A stretch of DNA of 40,526 nt, taken from positions 1-40,526 of the forward strand of contig CAMBTR010000003.1 of the NCBI GenBank assembly GCA_945870885.1, read 5' to 3'. The position numbers were made by a program, and so were the translations under genes. Shown piece by piece: positions 10,101 through 16,793 of this stretch. The notes beneath the pieces were generated by a model that was not told the DNA's origin, ran no database searches, and saw nothing but the letters and a program-made list of their open reading frames with translations. The DNA comes from Chryseobacterium gleum (GTDB lineage Bacteria; Bacteroidota; Bacteroidia; NS11-12g; UBA955). Each line of letters starts with the position of its first letter. The first letter of the stretch is position 1.

Positions 10101-11263
10101 GTTGGAGCAATACACTCTACGTAGCGATCTTTACATAATTTACTTGACGGACCGATATCATTTGACGATGTCAAACAAACTTTATACCATCCTAATTCAC
10201 TTAAAGTAAATTTAGGATTTTGAGCAGTAGAAGTCTGATCATCAACACCGGTAGGTGATGTCAATTCCCAACTGTAACTATAAGCTCCGTTGTTACTCAA
10301 ATCATACATGGTAACATCATAATAAATTTCAGATTCGTTTGTAGAAGCTACGAAATCTGCCTTAGGAACAGCAGTAGGCGCTACAATCTTAACCGTCTTG
10401 GAGGCAGAATCTGCCAATCCACAATAGTTAACAAGCATTTTAACATCATACGTACCGTCAGATGCCCATTTGGCCGCTCCTTTATCTGTTTTATCACTGT
10501 AACCAACGTATGGAGGCGCAACTGCTTGGTCAAATGTCCACTTGTAAGAATAACCATTACTTGGATTAACTGCACTAAATTTCACATTCGTCTTTACATA
10601 GTTTGTACCTGTAGGAACGATAAAGTTTGCAGTAGGAGTTGCTCCCAATTTTAAATTCAATTCCAAATCAAATACGTTACCGTAAGTCTGTGCCTGTCCG
10701 CAACCATTCGATGCAGACATAGTGTAAACCTGAGCACCGCCACGAATACGCATATAACTTAACCCCGTAGAGGTCCAGCAAGGCATTTTGAGCGTGTAGG
10801 TTACCTTACCAGATGCGGTGTTTGAGCTAGGATCTACCACGCACTCAGATGATGAAAAACTACCATCGCGGTTTGCATCAATCCAAATACCGCAACGAGA
10901 TCCCCATGACTGAGTGGCCCATGTTCCACCGGTTACAGTAACGGTGATTGTCTCACTGGCAGTAACGTCAAATCCTTTGCCAGAGTTCAAGATACCCCTG
11001 TAAGCATTTGCACCCGATGAAGAAGTACATCCAAGACCAGTATAAGAAGCCAAAGTTGTTCCTTTTGCGTTCTTAACCTCTACGTCTAGGATGTCACCAG
11101 GTGATTCGGTAGGGTTACCGGTACCAAGAATGGACCCACCACATCCCCAGGAAGTAGTTCCCGAACATGGCGTTTGCGCTTTCAAAGTACTCGAAGTGAA
11201 TAATCCACCCACGAGAACCCCTAAAAATGCAAGCTTTTTGAGTTGTGTAATTGTTGATTTCAT
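7178..11263 (-). CDS. Large T9SS type-A cargo surface protein (2x GEVED, PKD-like repeats, CUB-like, DUF5011/Ig-like repeats)
   Basis: Signal peptide. GEVED-like WIDANRDGSF...RIR...GNVFD and WVDWNIDGDF...TRMRV...GEFEDY. CUB-like GRLYDNGG...DILRIYD...ITFES...GF. Ig-like APVITLIGG / YTEPGAVAID...GNLT repeats. CTD VHPNPTTG...GIYFV...TKRVVV. Confidence 0.85.
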   Translation of the reverse strand: MKSTITQLKKLAFLGVLVGGLFTSSTLKAQTPCSGTTSWGCGGSILGTGNPTESPGDILDVEVKNAKGTTLASYTGLGCTSSSGANAYRGILNSGKGFDVTASETITVTVTGGTWATQSWGSRCGIWIDANRDGSFSSSECVVDPSSNTASGKVTYTLKMPCWTSTGLSYMRIRGGAQVYTMSASNGCGQAQTYGNVFDLELNLKLGATPTANFIVPTGTNYVKTNVKFSAVNPSNGYSYKWTFDQAVAPPYVGYSDKTDKGAAKWASDGTYDVKMLVNYCGLADSASKTVKIVAPTAVPKADFVASTNESEIYYDVTMYDLSNNGAYSYSWELTSPTGVDDQTSTAQNPKFTLSELGWYKVCLTSSNDIGPSSKLCKDRYVECIAPTEYYMGPSKEAQSKAGRLYDNGGPTAPYGNGRKTSIDYFKIIPCGATKITLSFGELKLKDNGDILRIYDAKEATPSKLIATIDGNNFTAYDTSKIVTTSGAVYITFESNGSGTDNGFIINWVSVLAPAVKPSAKWTTDYNPAANGLNVNFVNATGNAKGLPSFEWQVDGNPEASTTDFTRAFYTDGSYQVCLIALTCTGVDTFCKSITINTPTAPGYLDYTASNVRPNIGDVITITTKTDYANTFEWSIFPTSFTYENGTDKNSQNPQLKFQKGGAYTFTLSAYNSVAGKTATEKKLIKNKYVVCLDYCIPLVDLMSADVGINNVTVKSGSTELINNTSNSGIDYYTNFADKVAPAKLTYGGTYDLTVGRNTISNSVNYKAWVDWNIDGDFADAGEEVYSSGTIAGASASGKFTVPDISNSFEGNTRMRVGVSYSGFSNTYCGINTVGEFEDYVLTLANDGQAPVITLIGGDTVRVEKTATKTACYAEIAGTTFKANDATQGDMTSSVVVKTDLDCSAPGIYSFQFDLRDASGNNAVSKFRTVIVALDKTAPKLTLNGKDTMVLEQCDTYTEPGAVAIDANDGNLTSAIKIAGKVDAGTVGVYTLVYSVSDAQKNAISIKRVVVVKDTKVPSILKLSKAIVDGTIINVQIGGVFVDDVYSMDPCNGSIFVSKNPGFNGPVNTNIRATYPVTYKAVDPSGNKATEYGFVLNYRVDDYIAPEIELNTSDTVLHDVNNSYYSRSVTVTDNFYSKSQLSVTKIGKVDAYTLGTYVETFTATDGSGNVTTKQRFIKVVDRISPTITAPAISVCIATPFWAMSGLIVRDNYYSSGDLMPLVKVLGHNVNVMEAGVYYINYSLVDPSGNEATAVSRPVYVAYPPNCFNTYMGTESAKLQDAVSVHPNPTTGLLTVGYNLTNNQPLNVVVTNAFGAVVSKLDNLQGGFGNTQIDLSNVSEGIYFVNLTNNGETVTKRVVVKH

Positions 11264-11377
11264 AGTTTTAGTTTAAGTATATTTTCACAAATGACGCGAA
11301 AAAGTCAATTGGTTGCAAGAAAATTGATAAAAAAATTAATTTTTTTTACTTCTAATCGATTGTATTCAGCCCGAACT

Positions 11378-12196
11378 TTATTTCCCGTTCACGGAATTTA
11401 GCAATTCCAGCGAATTTTTATACTCCCGCACCGCCCTAAAAATGCCCAACGCAATCTTTTGCTGACCATCATTTGACTTCAAACTAATACGGTCCGTAGC
11501 GTTGGTTAAAAAACCGGTTTCTACCAAAACACTTGGCATCGAAGTTTGCCATAAAACCAAAAAGCCCGCTTGCTTTACACCTCGCGTTTTTATGGGACTT
11601 AATTTGCTTGTATGACTTTCAATTCCACTAGCCAATTTCAAGCTTTGTTTCATAAACGCATTCTGCACCAAGCTGAATATAATATGTCCTTCTGGCGAAT
11701 CCGGATCAAAGCCGCCATACCTGGTGTTTTCCTTATAATCAGACTCATAGGTGATTACGGCATTTTCACGCTTGGCGACCTCTAAATTTCCTTCAGACTT
11801 GTGTAACCCCATAAAATATGTTTCACTACCCGCAGCTGCCTTGTTGGGATTGGCGTTGCAGTGAATTGAAATAAATAAATCCGCCTGTCTATCATTCGCC
11901 AAATTGGGTCTTTCCCACAGTTTTAACGATTTGTCTGTGGTTCTAGTAAATAAGACTTTTATCGATGGCAAACTGTCTTTCAAGAGTTTTCCCAATTTCA
12001 AAGCCACACCCAATGTCACATCCTTTTCAAAAATCTCGTTGTTGCCATTGCAACCCGGATCCAATCCACCATGACCCGCATCAATAACCAATGTATTCAC
12101 AGAATTGCTTACCCTCACCTTTTTGGCGGCGGGTAAACATATCAAAAGTCCCAACGACAAACAAAAATGCATCGTTTGTTGAAGGCCTCTCCGCAT
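11378..12196 (-). CDS. N-acetylmuramoyl-L-alanine amidase (Amidase_3); start uncertain
   Basis: Motifs VIDAGHGGLDPG, EKDVTL, LFISIHCNA and MPSVLVETGF. Confidence 0.93.
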   Translation of the reverse strand: MRRGLQQTMHFCLSLGLLICLPAAKKVRVSNSVNTLVIDAGHGGLDPGCNGNNEIFEKDVTLGVALKLGKLLKDSLPSIKVLFTRTTDKSLKLWERPNLANDRQADLFISIHCNANPNKAAAGSETYFMGLHKSEGNLEVAKRENAVITYESDYKENTRYGGFDPDSPEGHIIFSLVQNAFMKQSLKLASGIESHTSKLSPIKTRGVKQAGFLVLWQTSMPSVLVETGFLTNATDRISLKSNDGQQKIALGIFRAVREYKNSLELLNSVNGK

Positions 12197-12273
12197 GAAT
12201 TTTAACATTTGTTTCATTCTTTCCTGTTGCATAACGCAATCATGGCAAACTTTTTGCCGAAATTCGCTGAAAT

Positions 12274-14880
12274 TTGTTAAACCGCGAACATTCATATCAC
12301 CATAGATGCCTACAACAATTGTTAACAGTTGTATTCGCGCTTTGCTTGGGCAACCTCAATCCTCTGTCAGCGCAAGGAATCACGACAGCGTCCACAAAAA
12401 AAGACAGCGTAAGCAATCCGTCTCCCGCCAAAAAGGCCATTAACAACCCTATCCATTACGAAGCCTCAGATTCCATTATTTTAAGAATGGAGAACGGGAA
12501 AGCCTTGCTATATAATAAAGCAAAGGTAGATATGGATGAAACCGAACTAAACGCCAACTATATAGAGGTAGCCTTTGCCAGCAAAACCCTTTTCGCAAAA
12601 GGAAACATCGACTCAACTGGCAAGTACATCAATCAACCAATCTTTAAAGATGGGAACGATGCTTATACTTCCGATAGCTTGCGATACAACAACGAATCAA
12701 AAAAAGGAATGGTGTATGGCTTATCGCTGACCCAAGACGAGGCCCATGTCCAACTCAAACAGGTGATGAAGCAACCCGATGGAAGTTTGATGGGCAATTC
12801 CGGGAAGATTAGCACTTGCTCCGACCCCCACCCCCATTTTTACCTGAACGCATCAAAAATCAAAGTCATTCCCAACAATAAAGTACTTTTTGGCGCCGCA
12901 AACCTCGTCCTGGCCGATATCCCTACGCCCCTCGCGCTTCCATTTGGTATTGCTCCCATGAAAAAAGGACAGCGCAATGGCCTCATTATGCCAAACCCGG
13001 GCTTTAACAATAGTAACAATAGCTTTTTTCTATCCAACTTAGGTTACTATCAAGGCTTGGGAAAATTTGCCGATGCGCAGGTGAATTCAGACCTCTATTT
13101 CAATGGAGATTTCCGTATGGGCGTTACAACCAATTTTATCAAACGATATAAATACAGCGGCGCCCTTGCAATAAACATGAGTCGCTTCGGCAACGGAACA
13201 GACCGTGCCAGTCCATTTTTCTCAAAAACGAACGATTTTTCCATCAATTCTCGATTTGGACTCGACCGCAAATTGCTTCCCGGTGTAACACTCAACGGAA
13301 ACATCAACATCGTTACAGGAAATTACAACAAACGAAATTCAAAAGACATTCAAACACTGTCGAAAAACGAATTTGTCTCCAGCGTAAATTATGGACAGAG
13401 CTTCCTAAAAAACAAGGTCAATTTGTCGGCCTCTGCCCGCCACACCCAAAACGTTCAAACCCACGATTTTCGATTGGAATTACCCAACGTCAACGTTGGG
13501 GTATCGAGCTTAACACCCTTTGCAAAAAAGAATGGATCAAATACAAAATGGTTCGAACAACTTAGACTATCGTATAATATGAATTTCACCAATTCATTGA
13601 ATACAAAAGATACATTAATATTTAGTGATAAATACAAAGACGTTCTCGCCACGATACAATCGGCCGTGAAACACTCAATACCCTTGAGCACAAATATAAA
13701 ATTGTTCAAAGGTGTACTCAACGTAACCCCATCGGCTAACTACCAAGAGAAATGGCTATTTAAAGCAAACACTAAATCCATTGATCCATTAACAAAGAAA
13801 TTAGTATCAAAAGATACTAGTGGATTTTTTAGATTAAATAATTATAGTTTTTCTACCGGATTAAGCACCAACATTTATGGCACTTTTACGAATTTAAACT
13901 TGGGCAAAGTTCGATCAATTAGGCACACAATAACTCCCAATGTGAACTTCAATTATCGTCCGGAAATTGATGGATATGAAAGGGGTTGGAATCGGACTTA
14001 CATCGACACATCTGGCAAGAAAATTGGCTATAGTTTGTTCGAAAAATATGGCGGTTCTGATTATGTGCAACGAAAAGGGGGCGCGATTGGATTTTCGCTG
14101 AGCAACAACCTGCAGGCTAAAAAAGTAATCGGAAAAGACACCACAGGAAAAGAGAAGTTGGAGAAAGCGAATCTAATCGACCAACTGATGATTAGTGGGA
14201 ACTACGATCTAGCGGCGGACAGTTTACAATGGAGTGATATCAACCTGGGATTTAACACCGTAATTGCAAAACAGATTCGGATTGGAATCAACTCTGGCCT
14301 TAGCCCCTACTCATATGTGAATGGGCGCAAAATCAATACATTTTCGGCCGCCAACGAAGGTCCATTATTACGATATCGCGGGGTAGATTTAAGCATCAAT
14401 TCACGCATCACCCCGGAATTATTTGGCGGGAAAAAATCGACAGAAGATGTATCGTCTAAACTCACGAATCCACTAAAAACGGATGAAGCCGAATTGAGAA
14501 TGGTACAATCTCAGCCTTGGAATTATTTTGATTTCAGTATTCCCTGGTCGATGAATCTCACCTACAATGTTGGCTACAATAATGAAATCGCAATTGCCAA
14601 TAACAAGCTAACGAATCACAGGGTTTCAATCAACGGCGACATCAGCATCACCCAGGAATGGAAGATTGCATATAGCACCGGTTATGATTTAAAAAGGAAT
14701 ATGATGGCCGGAAGCGAATTTTCGGTAGTAAGAAACCTTCACTGCTGGCAATTGGAATTTAAGTGGATCCCGAGCGGATATGCCAAAATGTGGCTATTTA
14801 CACTAAGACCCAAGAGCCCATTATTACAAGATTTGAAGTTAAATAAAAAGGTATTTAGCAATCCCGTATTGTTTCAATAA
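12274..14880 (+). CDS. lptD: Putative LPS assembly protein LptD (Bacteroidota type); start uncertain
   Basis: OstA-like N-terminus (IHYEASDS, STC..PHPHFY, PTPLALPFG), a long beta-barrel, and C-terminal RNLHCWQ...WIP.G...LLQDLK. Divergent from the amidase, as is usual in this phylum. Confidence 0.82.
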   Translation: MLNREHSYHHRCLQQLLTVVFALCLGNLNPLSAQGITTASTKKDSVSNPSPAKKAINNPIHYEASDSIILRMENGKALLYNKAKVDMDETELNANYIEVAFASKTLFAKGNIDSTGKYINQPIFKDGNDAYTSDSLRYNNESKKGMVYGLSLTQDEAHVQLKQVMKQPDGSLMGNSGKISTCSDPHPHFYLNASKIKVIPNNKVLFGAANLVLADIPTPLALPFGIAPMKKGQRNGLIMPNPGFNNSNNSFFLSNLGYYQGLGKFADAQVNSDLYFNGDFRMGVTTNFIKRYKYSGALAINMSRFGNGTDRASPFFSKTNDFSINSRFGLDRKLLPGVTLNGNINIVTGNYNKRNSKDIQTLSKNEFVSSVNYGQSFLKNKVNLSASARHTQNVQTHDFRLELPNVNVGVSSLTPFAKKNGSNTKWFEQLRLSYNMNFTNSLNTKDTLIFSDKYKDVLATIQSAVKHSIPLSTNIKLFKGVLNVTPSANYQEKWLFKANTKSIDPLTKKLVSKDTSGFFRLNNYSFSTGLSTNIYGTFTNLNLGKVRSIRHTITPNVNFNYRPEIDGYERGWNRTYIDTSGKKIGYSLFEKYGGSDYVQRKGGAIGFSLSNNLQAKKVIGKDTTGKEKLEKANLIDQLMISGNYDLAADSLQWSDINLGFNTVIAKQIRIGINSGLSPYSYVNGRKINTFSAANEGPLLRYRGVDLSINSRITPELFGGKKSTEDVSSKLTNPLKTDEAELRMVQSQPWNYFDFSIPWSMNLTYNVGYNNEIAIANNKLTNHRVSINGDISITQEWKIAYSTGYDLKRNMMAGSEFSVVRNLHCWQLEFKWIPSGYAKMWLFTLRPKSPLLQDLKLNKKVFSNPVLFQ

Positions 14881-14902
14881 ATCTATTTTTACTTCCAATT
14901 GT

Positions 14903-14910
14903 TAACTTTG
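14903..14910 (+). promoter_or_regulatory. -7 box TAACTTTG of the peroxiredoxin gene
   Basis: Exact TAnnTTTG followed by CAC, 6 nt before ATG 14917. Confidence 0.65.
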
Positions 14911-14916
14911 CACATT

Positions 14917-15384
14917 ATGAGCATTCAAATAGGATCAATAGCCCCCGATTTCACATTATTCAACAGTGAAAAACAAGAAGTTACGTTGTCTCAATACTTA
15001 GGCAAATCTGTAGTATTGTTGTTCTACCCCCAAGCATTTACTGGTGTTTGCACAACTGAGCTTTGCGATATTCGCGACAACCTCAATGTATACAGCACCT
15101 TAAACGCTGAAATCTTGGCCATTTCTGTCGATTCCGTTTTCACATTGGAAAATTGGAAACAACAACAAGGTTTTAACTTTCAAATGTTGAGCGATTTCAA
15201 CAAAACGGTGAGTATAGCGTATGAGACCATTTATGAAACCTTTGCATTTGGTATGAAAGGTGTTTCTAAAAGATCTGCGTTTGTTGTTGACCCAAAAGGC
15301 GTTTTACAATACGTTGAAATCTTAGATAACGCAGGCGAAATTCCAAACCTTGATAAAATCAGAGAGGTTTTAGCCACTTTGTAG
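14917..15384 (+). CDS. Peroxiredoxin (AhpC/TSA family, AhpE-like)
   Basis: APDFTL, FYPQAFTGVCTTELC (PxxxTxxC), AISVDS, LSDFN and RSAFVVD. Start moved to the ATG downstream of the -7 box. Confidence 0.9.
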   Translation: MSIQIGSIAPDFTLFNSEKQEVTLSQYLGKSVVLLFYPQAFTGVCTTELCDIRDNLNVYSTLNAEILAISVDSVFTLENWKQQQGFNFQMLSDFNKTVSIAYETIYETFAFGMKGVSKRSAFVVDPKGVLQYVEILDNAGEIPNLDKIREVLATL

Positions 15385-15405
15385 ATTTAAAGTTAAATTT
15401 GAAGA

Positions 15406-16701
15406 ATGCGAACTCGCATTCTATTTTCCTTTTTCATTTTCCTCATTGGCGGCAATCTTTGGGCACAACGCACCGCGCATCCGGAGTTTTTGATGAAATA
15501 TTATTTCACCGCCAATGAGCCTATTAAGCAAAGTGTAACACCGAGTACTTTTATTAGTGAGCACTCCACGATGCGCTTTTTCAGTTTCCGATGCTTCCCA
15601 AGTCCAAAATTCGAAATCAATGGCAGAGAAAACGCCATGCCCTATTTGGAGTATCTATCCACGCCTCAACTGGGATTTGATACGATTTTACCCATCGAAG
15701 AACGACTCGCTTGTGGCCCCTTTATGTCGGCCAGAACAGAAATAACGAATGCCGAATACAAGGAATTTTTGATGGATTCCGAATGGATGAAATTGAACGG
15801 TTATAACATCGGCCAGCTGTATCCGGATACCCTAGTTTGGAAAGATATTCCAGCCACCGCCGAACGCAGCAGTGTAAAAAACCCCTTCCGTAATTATTAT
15901 TTCCAGTCCACCAATTTCCATAATTACCCGGTGGTTGGAATTAGCCAATTGCAAGCCAAAGCTTATTGCGCATGGCTCAAAACTAAAATCGAACAGAATG
16001 CGAGTAAGCCCTATCAGCAGTGGTTATCAGCCCTCGACAAGGAAGGAATAACCTTTGAAATTGATTTGCCAACAACAGCAGAATGGATTTATTTATACAA
16101 ACAAGCCATCGAATTTCCATTTGAAGCTCGGAGTTTTCAATCCCGAAATAGCGGAAAAGTCAAAAAGAAGAATGCGGAAGCCACGCAGCGACTCTCGGGC
16201 ATCCTTTTTTCAAAGCCCAATATCGGAAACGCATTGCTGGATTTTGTCCTTAACAAACCCCACGGAAGCCAACCCGTTGTATATCAAGGATTATTTACCA
16301 ATCGCGGTTACCAAATATCGGAAATCCAAAATGCCAATTTGAGTCGTCCCATGGCCGTAAATGCGAAACCCGCAAATGCAACCGAGCAAATTTCGCACTT
16401 GTTAGGGAACGTATCTGAATGGACATCCACATCGGCTTATGGACACCTTTATAATAGCAACACAACCATTCTAAATACGAATGGCCAACTCATTCCAAAC
16501 CCTTATCAGCAACCAAACGTATTCGACTTAAGAGGTTATTTGGTTGATGAAACCGCGTTACAATCCCACTTCGCAATCAAAGGTGGATCGTGGGCACAAG
16601 AGTTTCATTATTTGGACCCATCCGCGGTGCAATTTATGCAGTCCAACCACAGTAGTAATTATGTAGGGTTTCGCCCGGTGATACGTTTTTACAAAAAATA
16701 G
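15406..16701 (+). CDS. SUMF1/FGE-sulfatase-fold protein, GldK/GldJ-like
   Basis: Motifs FMSARTEITNAEY, YPDTLVW, NYPVVGIS, LPTTAEW, GNVSEW, KGGSW and GFR, with an N-terminal signal peptide. Confidence 0.8.
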   Translation: MRTRILFSFFIFLIGGNLWAQRTAHPEFLMKYYFTANEPIKQSVTPSTFISEHSTMRFFSFRCFPSPKFEINGRENAMPYLEYLSTPQLGFDTILPIEERLACGPFMSARTEITNAEYKEFLMDSEWMKLNGYNIGQLYPDTLVWKDIPATAERSSVKNPFRNYYFQSTNFHNYPVVGISQLQAKAYCAWLKTKIEQNASKPYQQWLSALDKEGITFEIDLPTTAEWIYLYKQAIEFPFEARSFQSRNSGKVKKKNAEATQRLSGILFSKPNIGNALLDFVLNKPHGSQPVVYQGLFTNRGYQISEIQNANLSRPMAVNAKPANATEQISHLLGNVSEWTSTSAYGHLYNSNTTILNTNGQLIPNPYQQPNVFDLRGYLVDETALQSHFAIKGGSWAQEFHYLDPSAVQFMQSNHSSNYVGFRPVIRFYKK

Positions 16702-16793
16702 TTCACAAATCGTCAATTTGACACTTTTTCGTAATTGTATAATTGACACTTCTTTATTTTTTAATTATATTGCCGACCTATTATTAATAGCCT

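Noticed and set aside
11329-11346. Palindrome aaaaaaattaattttttt
   Set aside because: A/T-only low-complexity sequence; not informative.
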